Below, one piece after another: positions 1-10,259 of a stretch of 64,000 nt of DNA. Within the stretch, counting starts at the first letter, position 1. Every line of letters starts with the position of its first letter. Below the pieces are notes generated by a model. It ran no database searches, had not been told where the DNA came from, and saw nothing but the letters and a program-made list of their open reading frames with translations. The stretch comes from Sphaerodactylus townsendi (lineage: Eukaryota): assembly GCF_021028975.2 (NCBI RefSeq), contig NC_059426.1, positions 31,124,001 through 31,188,000 on the forward strand. Reading direction: 5' to 3'. A program made the translations under genes and the position numbers.

Positions 1-74
1 TGAAAATAAGCCCTAAAGCATCTTTTGTAGCAAAAATTAATATAAGACCCTGTCTTATTTTCGGGGAAACACGG
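1..74. mobile_element. End of a Tc1/mariner-superfamily (pogo/Tigger/Tc2-like) DNA transposon
   Basis: Ends in CTTATTTTCGGGGAAACACGG followed by TA, resembling a recalled CCGTGTTTCCCCGAAAATAAG TIR; the other end is outside the window. Confidence 0.6.
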
Positions 75-77
75 TAG

Positions 78-295
78 TATGGTGATTGGCGTGTTAGACT
101 ATCTATCATCTGGGAGTTTGAATCCCCACAATGCCATGGAAGGTCGCTGAGTGACTTTGGCCCAGTCATTCTCTCTGAGCCTACTCTACACCACAGGGTT
201 CTTGTTGTGAAGAGAAAATGGAGGGAAAAATGATGGTGTATACCATGTTGGGTTGCTACTGATAAGAAAAAAACAACAGGATATCTAATAAACCA
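78..295 (+). mobile_element. Diverged tRNA-derived SINE
   Basis: B-box-like gtttgaatccc and a core similar to the younger SINE copies (gtgactttggcccagtca...cacagggtt). Confidence 0.55.
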
Positions 296-594
296 ATAAA
301 ACCGTGGATATTATTGTAGTTTAGGCCAGAGAAGACTAGGTTCAAAATCTCAGTATGTGCCCATCAGCGTGTTTCAGATTAAACCTACCTCATGGGATGG
401 TTGTGAGGACAAACTGGAAAGATCCAGAAATGCCACTTTTTATTCTCTGAAGGAAGCTCATAGAAACTGAAATAAACAGAAACAATGAAGTGGCCTACGA
501 AACGGAAATGGAATCCATCAGTTCTGTCCTGTGCTTTGGTAACTGTATGCTTCGTAGCCCAACAGTGAGAACAAGCTTGCTGAAACATTACTGG

Positions 595-722
595 CAGTGG
601 TGGGATCCAAATAATTTAACAGCCGGTTCCGGTGGTGGGATTCAAATCATTTAACAACTGGTTGTTTACAAGCACCATTTTAACAACCGTTTCTGCCGAA
701 GTGGTCCTGAATCCCACCACTG
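595..722. mobile_element. hAT MITE (TIR CAGTGGTGGGAT)
   Basis: TIRs at both ends and a perfect 8-bp TSD ATTACTGG. Confidence 0.9.
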
Positions 723-1087
723 ATTACTGGTCTTTTGCAAGTTGCAAAAAGCCATTTTCAGGAATTCATTGAATACATGTGTGATTTGAATGCTATGCTT
801 CAGATAACTTCATTAAATTTTGAATCTACACGCTTATGCCTTTAAACGCCATTTTAAATTAATGATTTGAGACTGTAACTTAATCAGTAGCCGCTTTCAA
901 TGTAAAATTAAATTTTGTTCAGTCTTTAATATTTTCTTCCGTATTCCTAACTTTTATCTGATTTTAATCTTAAAATTTACGAGGGGCCTGAAACGGCGTT
1001 TGTGCTGATTACTATCCGTGTTGATTTACACTTAATTCTAACCTTTCTTTCTTTCCTCCTTTTTTTCTAATCAATGCACATTCTCAG

Positions 1088-1102
1088 ATGAGCCTCAGCC
1101 AG
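1088..1102 (+). CDS. LRP2: Candidate 15-nt alternative microexon of LRP2 (ATGAGCCTCAGCCAG; adds EPQPD)
   Basis: ttctcag acceptor and CAG|gtatga donor. Upstream are a long pyrimidine tract, a CTAAC branch candidate and TGC at -13. Phase 1-1, matching the phase-1 start of the exon at 2380, with no stop. Confidence 0.6.
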
Positions 1103-1245
1103 GTATGATCATAAACCATATTGGACGCATGTTGCTATGGCGAAATTTCAGGTCACATTTGTTAAAAACCTAGGGCTTGTTTGCGGAAGCAGGGATCCCT
1201 GACCTGGTGTCAGAGATCGATTTACTCAGGTTTGTTTTTCTAAAC

Positions 1246-1431
1246 CAGTGGTTCACAACCTGGGGGTTGGGACCCCTTTGGGGGTCGAACGACCCTTTCA
1301 CAGAGGTCACCTAAGACTCTCTGCATCAGTGTTCTCCATCTGTAAAATTGATAAATTTTAGGGTTGGGGGTCACCACAACATGAGGAACTGTATTAAAGG
1401 GTCGCGGCATTAGGAAGGTTGAGAACCACTG
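1246..1431. mobile_element. Non-autonomous SPIN/URR1-like hAT element
   Basis: TIR CAGTGGTTC(A/T)CAACCT and TSD TTCTAAAC/TTCTAAAG. The internal string GGGGTCACCACAACATGAGGAACTGTATTAAAGGGTCGC matches the recalled SPIN/URR1 consensus. Confidence 0.85.
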
Positions 1432-1482
1432 TTCTAAAGCAACAACCTTGATTGAGTTTGTTGCGAAGGGAGTCCAGACTGA

Positions 1483-1633
1483 GGCCCTTTCCGCACCTGC
1501 AGAATAATGCACTTTCAATCCGCTTTCACCATGGTTTGAAAATGGATTTTGCTATTCCGCACAGTAAAATCCAGCTGCAAAATGGATTGAAAATGGATTG
1601 AAAGTGCATTATTCTGCATGTGCGGAAGGGACC
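1483..1633. mobile_element. 151-bp palindromic PIF/Harbinger-like MITE
   Basis: TIR GGCCC(C/T)TTCCGCAC..GCAGAATAATGCACTTTCAATCC and TSD TGA/TGA; seven copies in the window. Confidence 0.8.
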
Positions 1634-2053
1634 TGAGTTTTGGCCACTCAAGTACTAATTTGCGATATCCAAAGATTAATGTCTGTTTGAAAGGATTGCG
1701 AATTTGTATCTTTCTATAGTATCCAGTCTATTCATTCTGGTTGGTTGAAGAATTCATTGGCTAGCGGGCACAATTGCTAATTTTCCTCCGATTGGTTCCC
1801 TGTGCATGGAAGAAATGGGCTGGATTCAAGTCTTCCATTTAACGGGACAAGTCATCAGAACCGATTTGTACCGCTTTCCCCTCAAAGCTACTTCAAAGGA
1901 TTCCGGAACCCTCAAGAATTCATTGGCATGGGGAGGGTGGGGGCATAAAAATAGGGAAGAGATCAATTCCGTGCAATCCCCCACCCCCATGCTACCTATT
2001 CTGGATGTATTCAGTGCACAGTCCTTTTTATTCATATCCTATTTCCCTGGCTA

Positions 2054-2235
2054 GCCTGAACTCATCAGATCACGGAAGATAAGCAGAGTCAGCCCTGGTT
2101 AATATTTGGATGGGAGACTATCAAGGAAATTCAGGGTTGTTGTGCAGGGGCAGATAGTGGCAAACCACTTCTGCTTGTTTTCTGACTTAAAAACCTTACA
2201 AGGTTACCATGTCGGCCATGGCTTGATGGCAGTTT
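2054..2235 (+). mobile_element. 5S rRNA-derived SINE (5S-Sauria-like)
   Basis: 2054-2145 aligns by eye to 5S rRNA (GATCACGGAAGATAAGCAGAGTCAGCCCTGGTTAATATTTGGATGGGAGAC). It is followed by a GGCAAACCAC tail shared with the SINE at about 19140. Confidence 0.75.
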
Positions 2236-2379
2236 CCCCCGCCATATTTTTGAACAAATGTAAACTTGAAGTAGAGCATCCCCTATTGCTTAGCATTTGT
2301 GGTTGCATTTTTTATACTTTAAGGGAGGTAAAAGTTTTGATAACAGCTAACCAAGCACCCTTCTCCCATTTGTTCAAAG

Positions 2380-2628
2380 ACCAAGAGAGTTGCTCGGATA
2401 ATAATGCTGGCTGCACACACGAATGCATTCAGGGACCTTTTGGAGCCCAGTGCTCCTGCCCATTTGGGTACCAGCTGGCCAATGACTCCAAGACGTGCGA
2501 AGATATCAATGAGTGTGATCCTCCAGGATTCTGCAGCCAATACTGCCACAACGAAAGAGGATCTTTTAGGTGTTACTGTGATGAAGGCTATGTGCTAGAA
2601 ACCAATCAGAGGACTTGCAAAGTTGCAG
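2380..2628 (+). CDS. LRP2: LRP2 exon (249 nt), two EGF repeats [11 protein letters not shown]...CKVA
   Basis: aag| acceptor, G|gtaagg donor, phase 1-1, EGF and Ca-binding EGF cysteine pattern. Confidence 0.95.
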
Positions 2629-2844
2629 GTAAGGAATACTAAATTAAAGATGTACAGGAGAGTGGAACTCGTGGATTTTGCATGCAGAAGGTCCAAGGTT
2701 CAATCGAGGGCATTTCAAGTTTTGAAAATTTCAGGTAAGAAGTACTAGGGATGAAGGTTCTTTTCCTAGAAAGTCTCTGAAAGCCAAGTAGACAGTGCTG
2801 AGCTTGACTTTTGGTAGTATCTTATGATCAGAAAGGGGCAAATC

Positions 2845-3078
2845 CAGTGGAGGCTCAGTTTTCGTCGGTTTCGGTTTTCGACGATTCTCTCTGTGAAAAA
2901 GTTGACTCGGTTTTCGTTGGTTTCTTTGGGTTTTGTCGGCGCGCGTGCGTTATTTTCGCAACGAAAACCGGGACCCATGCATTTGCATGGCTTGCCAATG
3001 GAAGTCTTGGTTTTCGTCGGTTTTGGTTTGCGCCAAGGTTTCCCGGACGGATTACCGACAAAAACCGAGGTTCCACTG
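2845..3078. mobile_element. CpG-rich Tc1/mariner (Tigger-like) MITE
   Basis: Imperfect TIRs of about 25 bp (CAGTGGAGGCTCAGTTTTCGTCGGT / ACCGACAAAAACCGAGGTTCCACTG), TA on the right flank, internal GGTTTTCG repeats. Confidence 0.7.
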
Positions 3079-3687
3079 TACACGAGCATGGTCTTCATTA
3101 GTTATGTAGCTGCCCCACTGTTTTTTACTTGTTCGATTGTAAGTTAATAGAATTTGCTTGTGATATTTTAAATTGTGGAGCAGGTTAGTACTTGCAACTA
3201 TTTTGCAGATTTCGTTCAAGCACGTTTAAATATATCTTTTTTTAAAGTAAAGAGCAATATAAAATCCATATTTAAGCTGATGGAACTACTAAGATGGCAC
3301 ATTTTACCCAGTCACTTGAGTGGTTTAATTTGCTAAAAATGCTGTGCAGTGTAATTGTAGAGAGATGAAATTTCTCCAATGACTGGCATCTTCTTTCCCT
3401 CTGGGTGGATTACAGCACTATAAATATGCCATGGAACCTCAGACTTTGCATCTAGTTAGCAAAGAATACATGCTGCTTAAGGCAAATGATCAGCTAGTAT
3501 AACATCACAATCCTGTTTCCTCACAGAGCCTATTACAGGGATATTGCAGGAATGGAGTATGTGATTTCAGTTTTCAGAAATGGAGGCTCTTGCTAATCCA
3601 TGTTAGGGATGTTATGAATGTGTTAAAGGAATTACTGATTCTGAATCAGTTGCAAATTACAGTGATTTCTGCTTGCGTCTTTTGCAG

Positions 3688-3899
3688 AGTCTGGGAATCT
3701 TCTCTTGTTAGTAGCAAGCCGTAACCAAATAGTTGCAGACAACATCACTTCTCATGCACAGCACATTTATTCTTTGGTTCGAGACGGCAGGAACATTGTA
3801 GCCATTGATTTCGATTCGGTGACGGGTCGAATCTTTTGGTCTGACGTCACGCAGGACAAAATCTGGACTGCATACCAGAATGGGACAGACAGAAAAGTA
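3688..3899 (+). CDS. LRP2: LRP2 exon (212 nt), start of YWTD propeller [13 protein letters not shown]...GTDRKV
   Basis: ttttgcag| and |gtaagt, phase 1-0. Confidence 0.95.
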
Positions 3900-4000
3900 G
3901 TAAGTCTGTTATTGAAGGCGGGCTTATTCTCATTGCAGGACTGAACGGCACATATTCATTGATCTGTTGGAGTGATAAGGCCTGGACAGGGATATGCGAG

Positions 4001-4397
4001 ATTTATTTGTTTGTTTGTTTGTTTATTTATTATTAAACTTATAGACCGCCCTCCCCCGGAGGGCTCAGGGCGGTTTACAACAACTACAAATAACCAATAA
4101 ATAACAATCACAAATAATACAGTGGCACAATTTGTACCGGTACAAATTAAACTCGGCATTAAAATCTTAATATAAAATACAGATGGCATCTAATGGCTAA
4201 ACTCTTCTAAAAAGGGACAACAAAGTCCCAACTGTTAAAAGGGAGAAAAAGGGGAAAAAGGGGAGGGGAGAGAAAGGGAGGAGGGAGGGAGGGGGTATCA
4301 GCGGCTGGCCTCCCCGAAAGCCCGGCGGAATAGCTCAGTCTTACAAGCCCTACAGAACTCATTAAGGTCCCGCAGGGCCCGGACAGTTGGTGGGAGA
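4001..4397 (-). mobile_element. L2-like LINE 3' fragment
   Basis: (TTTA/TTTG)n tail and the ccgccctccccggagggctcagggcgg terminal motif; homologous to 13946-14405. Confidence 0.75.
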
Positions 4398-4518
4398 TGT
4401 GACCAGGACCTAACTTTGCCTAGTCACATTCCAGTGCCAATACTCGTAAAAAAGTTTGTGCATGCTGTGGGAGATAAAGTTGAGAAAGAGGGATCCATTA
4501 TGCCCTGAAGGGATCCCT

Positions 4519-4669
4519 CTCTCCTTCCTCACATGCAGAATAATGCACTTTCAACCTACTTTCAATGTACTTTGAAGCTGGATTTTACTGTGCAGAATAG
4601 CAAAATCCACTTGCAAACAATTGTGAGAGTGGATTGAAAGTGTATTATTTTGCATGTACGGAAGAGGCC
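4519..4669. mobile_element. 151-bp Harbinger-like MITE copy (diverged left end)
   Basis: Same body as 1483-1633. Confidence 0.75.
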
Positions 4670-4854
4670 TCTGTCACCCTCTTGCATATATATATTCCTG
4701 TGGGGCAGCGGACTGGTCTTCATACACAAGCATTGTCTTCACTTCTGATCCTGTTCTGTTGTCTTTAGAAATAATAACTTCAGGAGAGGGGCCGTGGCTT
4801 GGTAGAAGAACCTTTGCTTGACAGATGGTCCCAGGTTCAATCCTCAGCACCTTG

Positions 4855-4989
4855 CATAGGTGTCAAACTTGCGGCCCTCCAGATGTTATGGACTACAGTT
4901 CCCATAATCCCCTGCCAGCATGATGCTGGCAGGGGATGATGGGAACTGTAGTCCATAACATCTGGAGGGCCACGAGTTTGACACCTGTG
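4855..4989. mobile_element. Near-perfect palindromic hAT MITE (CATAGGTGTCAAACT) inside an old SINE
   Basis: Almost identical to 17858-17990. Confidence 0.85.
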
Positions 4990-5269
4990 AGTTAAAGCGT
5001 TCAGGTAGCGGATGACTTGAAAGACTCTGCCTGATCGCTGCTGCCAGTCTGAGTGGGCAGTAATGACCTTGGTGGACCGTCAAGGAGGTTCCATGTCTCC
5101 ACATATTCCTGTAGAATGTTTGTGCGTGCCTGTGGACCATTAGATAAAGAACATGTAAAGAACATTAGATATAATATAGCAATCCTATTAACAGCATATT
5201 GCTTGATAGATTTCTGCCCTTGCTCTCCTTTTACATCTTGGGGCCTTTTAACATCAATAGGACACACTG

Positions 5270-5527
5270 TTCCCCCCTCCTCAGGAGGGTTTTTTAATGA
5301 GGGTTTTAATGCTGGACGCCAATAATAATTGTTCAGTATTTTGTCTCAAACGCTGTATTTTAAGGAGTTTTAGCATTTATGGTTAATGGAGCCTGTATTA
5401 GTTTTTTATAATTGGTATTCTGTTTATGTGCTCCATCTGTTTTGTTGTTGTATTTCATGTTGTGCACTGCCCAGAGCCCTTTGGGGGAGGGGCGGTATAT
5501 AAGATTAATAATAAATGAATAAATAAA
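5270..5527 (+). mobile_element. L2-like LINE 3' fragment
   Basis: cactgcccagagccctttgggggaggggcggtatat followed by a (TAAA)n tail. Confidence 0.65.
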
Positions 5528-5619
5528 ATGAAGAGCACCGTTTCAAAATGCATAGTCCCTGTTCATCATCATCGTTGTCGTTGTTATTGTTATTATTATA
5601 TTATTTGGAGAGACCAGCC

Positions 5620-6230
5620 GCTGAGTGTGCCCCCCCATTACCCCCCCCCATTACTTTCTGGGTCTTCAATGTCATCAGGACCCATTACCTCCCCCCCCTC
5701 CTTTTTAGGAGGGTTAAGTTTAAGTTTTAGTTTAAGTAAGGTTTCGTGAGATGCCTTTTCTGGAAACAATTACTGTTTTAAGTGTGTTTATGGAAATTAT
5801 ATTCATGCTGATTTTATATATACTATTTTATGTTGTACACTGCCCAGAGCCCNNNNNNNNNNNNNNNNNNNNNNNNNNNNNNNNNNNNNNNNNNNNNNNN
5901 NNNNNNNNNNNNNNNNNNNNNNNNNNNNNNNNNNNNNNNNNNNNNNNNNNNNNNNNNNNNNNNNNNNNNNNNNNNNNNNNNNNNNNNNNNNNNNNNNNNN
6001 NNNNNNNNNNCTCAGGGCAGTGTACAACAAAATAACAGATAGAGCACAGTTAAAAAAATCAACAGCCATAAATAAATAATATAGGCCCTATTCACATTAA
6101 ATACTAACCCTGTTAAAAACAGCATATCAAAAATCAGTATATAATAGATGGCAGCCAACAGTTAAAAACCTTCCCAGGAGGGGAACGGCAGGGTCCATCA
6201 ATGTTATGACGGAGGGGGATGTTATGACAG
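5620..6230. mobile_element. Two L2-like 3' ends in tail-to-tail orientation across the N-gap 5853-6010
   Basis: gttgtacactgcccagag left of the gap and ctcagggcagtgtacaac right of it. Confidence 0.65.
5853..6010. other. Assembly gap (158 N)
   Basis: Direct reading. Confidence 0.99.
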
Positions 6231-6324
6231 TAAATGATAGCACTGCTTCTTTGAGTGTTTATACCCATTTGTAACTGCAAAGGGTTGCAGAAGTGTCAAC
6301 TTGCTCTTTCATTGTTTTTGGCAG

Positions 6325-6509
6325 GTGTTTGACAGTGGTGTCACTGTAACAGAAAGCCTAGCGGTGGATTGGGTAGGCCGTAATCTATACTGGACAGACT
6401 TTGTCCTGGAAACGATTGAAGTCTCCAGACTTGACGGAAGCCACAGGACTGTTCTGATCAGTGAAAATATAACAAACCCAAGAGGGCTTGTTCTAGATCC
6501 CAGGATAGA
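6325..6509 (+). CDS. LRP2: LRP2 exon (185 nt) VFDSG...LYWTD...LDPRI
   Basis: gcag| and |gtaagt, phase 0-2, YWTD motif. Confidence 0.95.
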
Positions 6510-7625
6510 GTAAGTGCTCTTTCCCTTTCCCTTCCTTCTGAAAACCCATAGTGTTATAATCAACTGAAATGTTGCTACTTTAGCAAGCAGTTGGTGGGTG
6601 TTGGAACTCTTGGAATAGTCCAGATGTCATGGCAAATCATGGCTTGCATCTTTAAAAACCGGGAGATAACTGTAGAGCACCAAACTACGTCCCAACTGGC
6701 TTGAAAATTATGGTTTGGCATTTCATCTGCAAACCAGAACTTCAGACTGGGATTAAGTGTGTCAGTGTGGTTACGATGATTAACCATGGGATTGATCCTA
6801 TTAACTGGGATTGATCCTATTAACTGGTGGCCTCCAAAATGGCTTATCCCAAGGACCTGGGGGATCCTTGTAGACAAAATGTCATGTGATGTGGATAGTT
6901 GTAGTGAAGGAATAGGAATTGGATGAAACTAATGGAAGAAGCTTGGGTGGGGGGGGGGGCAGACTCTAGACTTATTTATTTGGAACCAGCATTTATTAAT
7001 CAAGCAGCATTTGACCTTGATTAGTGTACATCCCACATACACTTTATATGATTTGAAAAACCATCAGGAATTTCAAGTAGTTAATTTACATAAGGCTTGT
7101 GTGATCTTAGTCCAATTTATTCTACATATGATAGATCATAGTTTTGTTTATTTATTTAGTTTTTTATCCTTCCCCTCTCCTGAACGCACCTTAATTGGGT
7201 TTCCTGCTTCCTACCATGTTACTGTCAGCCAGATCCAAAACAACACCTATAGGTTTTTACCTCGGACTTGATTGGCAGGCTTTTGGAACTGAGATAGCTC
7301 CTGCCATGCCATTTCCAGCCAGCAGCAAGATGACCCCCAGTGGTATTATGGGGTTGTGGTATCTCAAGTGGCCTGTGGGTTTGATTGGGTGTTGAACCGG
7401 CTCTGAATACTGAACCAAATATAGTCCCCCCACCATATACTGTGATTTTTCAAACTACTGAATGACCATCCTACTTTTGAAGTCCCAGCTGGACAGGAAT
7501 TACAAGAGGTTTAATGAGCTATGTTCATGGCCAACATGTTGCATTCAGCTTGGTAAGAGCCAGTGTGGTGTTTTGGTTAAGAGTGGCGGATTCTAATCTG
7601 GAGAATAATGCACTTCTTTCCACAG

Positions 7626-7854
7626 TGCTCACTTGATGTTCTGGACAGACTGGGGTCGGAATCCCCGGATCGAAAGAGCGAGCATGGATGGCACATTGCG
7701 AACCGCCATCGTCACCAGCAAGGTCTATTGGCCCAATGGGCTTGCCATCGACTATCCAAACAGATTGCTATATTTTGCTGATGCATACCTCGATTACATC
7801 GATTTCTGTGATTACAATGGAAACAACAGGCGGCAGGTGGTGGCAAGTGACTTG
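7626..7854 (+). CDS. LRP2: LRP2 exon (229 nt) [10 protein letters not shown]...VVASDL
   Basis: tttccacag| and |gtatga, phase 2-0. Confidence 0.95.
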
Positions 7855-8257
7855 GTATGAAAAAAGACAAATGAGGGCTACCATAACAGTATTTGTTTTC
7901 ATCTTTTTCATCCCTTCCCCTCCCCTGTGCTTGGGTTCCCACTGCATGTTGGCTGCAGCTCCTATGTCAGCCATTTGGTGCTTGCATCCATTACCCTTTG
8001 TCAGAATTCCAAGGTGTCCACAGGGTCAAAAAGATTGGTGACCCCTGACTTAGAAAAATAATAAACCATAGATTATGGCAGTAATTTTTGAAAAACTAAT
8101 TAGATCCAGTGTATTGACTCCATGGGCAGGAGGATGTCTACGTTCTGGAATATACCCTCCCCCCTCTCCAGCTGTAGTCCAGAATGACAACTTACAGTGT
8201 TGCTCCTTGTCAGACAGGACAGCATTTGGGTGGCAGTTTTGGGTGCAGTGGGAGGCA

Positions 8258-8661
8258 TACATACATACATAAGCCTTTATTGGCATAGTAAGAAAGAAAT
8301 ACATAAATCAGGAGCAAATGCATGAATACATGATAGATAAAAGCGTCTCCACGGAGCATGCAACAAGCACGCTTCTCTATCTGAGAACTTCCCTCAACTA
8401 TCTCCGCAAGAATGTGAAATTGGCTTATCTCTTCAACAAAGCATCCACAGGATCCGAGTTGTTTAACAATAGAGATAACCTAGTCAGATCAGGCAGCCCA
8501 GATTGGAAGAAAAAATGTAAGTTGGTATATTTAGATCTGATGTTATCAAATCTGGTGCAGTGCAAGAGTTGGTGAGTCGGGGTTTCAACCACATTAAGTT
8601 TGCAACTGCATAGCCTTGCAGTTTTTTCTAAATTGCTGAACCCACCCTTTAATAGGCCAGT
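8258..8661 (-). mobile_element. RTE-X-like LINE 3' fragment
   Basis: Minus-strand ORF ..RLCSCKLNVVETPTHQLLHC.. (Cys/His knuckle), 3' end atgccaataaagg with (TATG)n, 11-bp TSD AGTGGGAGGCA. Confidence 0.75.
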
Positions 8662-9071
8662 AGTGGGAGGCAAAAAAAAGTTAAATCACCCACTGAAACA
8701 CTTTTATTTTGCTCAGTCAGAATGCTCAGTCATGTTTTACCAAATCAAAAAAGGAAAAGGCATAGTGAGCAGGTATAGATTATATCTTTCCATTATGCTC
8801 TATTATTCTGTTATTATTTTATTATTTCATACTCATTGTGGATTCTGGGAGGTATCTTGCCTTAGGTTGCAGGAAAAGAACTGTCTTCAGCCTAAAGAGC
8901 CTTCCACCAGCCCAAGGATTATCTTTCCTACTCAAGTGGTTTTTCTGTTGGAGGAAGAGCCACTTAAATGAGAGAAAGGTTTTCAAGCTACATGGTGACT
9001 TCAGATTTTTGTTTAGGAGAGTGGTAGGATAATGACGATCTATGGAAACCAGCCCTTTGCCCTTCTTTTAG

Positions 9072-9249
9072 GTTTTGCAGCATCCTCACGCCCTCACAAT
9101 CTTTGAAGATTTTGTATACTGGAGTGAGAAATACACCAACCGTGTTATTCGAGCCAACAAGTGGCATGGAGGAAATCAAACTGTTGTTATTTATAATATT
9201 CACCAACCTTTGGGTATTATGGCAGTCCACCCTGTGAACCAGCCATCTG
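9072..9249 (+). CDS. LRP2: LRP2 exon (178 nt) VLQHPHAL...HPVNQPS
   Basis: ttttag| and G|gtaagt, phase 0-1. Confidence 0.93.
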
Positions 9250-9526
9250 GTAAGTCTGGCAGACTATGTTTTGCCACAGAAAAGCAAAGCATGTGACTAT
9301 TAACCAATACTGAAAGTGGTTTTTACGCAGCTATCTGCAGTGAAGCTCAAACTAAGCTAGGGCACAGAAACATTCCTTTAAGGCTTCCATAAATGTACTG
9401 GGTCATTAGGTGAAATGTAAATACAGTGGACAGGATAATAGTGAATTAAGATAACCTTGTCTTAGCAGTGAATGAGAACTTCAGAAATGTCTTCTGTAGA
9501 CATGATTAGGGGCAACACTGATTTCA

Positions 9527-9765
9527 AGCAGTGGCATAGTGGTTAAGAGCAGGTGTACTCTTATCTGGAGGAACTGGGTTGATTCCCCGCTCTGCCGCTT
9601 GAGCTGTGGAGGCTTATCTGAGGAATTCAGATTAGTCTGTGCACTCTTACACACGCCCGCTGGGTGACCTTGGGCTAGTCACAGTTCTTCGGAGCTCTCT
9701 CAGCCCCACCTACCTCACAGGGTGTTTGTTGTGAGGGGGGAAGAGAAAGGAGTTCGTAAGCCCCT
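9527..9765 (+). mobile_element. tRNA-derived SINE (Squam3-like)
   Basis: A-box gtggcatagtgg and B-box ggttgattcc; shared core with other copies in the window. Confidence 0.85.
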
Positions 9766-10130
9766 CACGTAGCTCAGATTTCAGCTCAATGTGTGTGACC
9801 GTGTTTGGCCGTTTCTCCAGCCTTTTCTACATTATTAATCTTCCCTCTAATTCAGATCTACCTCACCTTTCACACTATGGAACTGAGTGGTTTATTCCCT
9901 TTGTGGCCCCCAAGTGTTATCCATTCATTGTTATCACTGTCTTCGGGAAATGGTGTATACAGCCTTGAATTCTGGTCGTAGTGGGTGTGTAGAAAGCTAG
10001 GCATGACAAACTTGAGCTCTTGTCCCTTGTCCCATCTCAAGTGATGACTTAGAGGATCGTGCATGCTCAGTTTGTGCCACGGCGCTTTGCTGCATTTTTT
10101 GATTTATCAGTGCTTCTGTTCTCATCTCAG

Positions 10131-10259
10131 GTACCAATTCTTGTGCCTCATCCTCCTGTAGTCACCTGTGCCTGCTTTCTTCACTGGGACCGCGGTTTTA
10201 TTCCTGTGCCTGCCCATCAGGATGGACTCTCTCACCTGATAATGTGAACTGCATGAGAG
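10131..10259 (+). CDS. LRP2: LRP2 exon (129 nt), [18 protein letters not shown]...NCMR
   Basis: ctcag| and G|gtgggc, phase 1-1; translated by hand because the ORF track lacks this frame. Confidence 0.93.

Noticed and set aside
2054-2145. Functional 5S rRNA gene
   Set aside because: It lacks the 5' part, has many substitutions, has no T-run terminator and runs into a SINE tail.
5620-6230. Fold-back assembly artefact around the first gap
   Set aside because: The two arms match only at the conserved L2 terminal motif and diverge beyond it, so they are two independent copies.
9856-9886. Second cryptic small exon after a pyrimidine tract (ttcag|ATCT...)
   Set aside because: The nearest GT is a weak donor (gtggtt) and gives 31 nt, which would frameshift LRP2.
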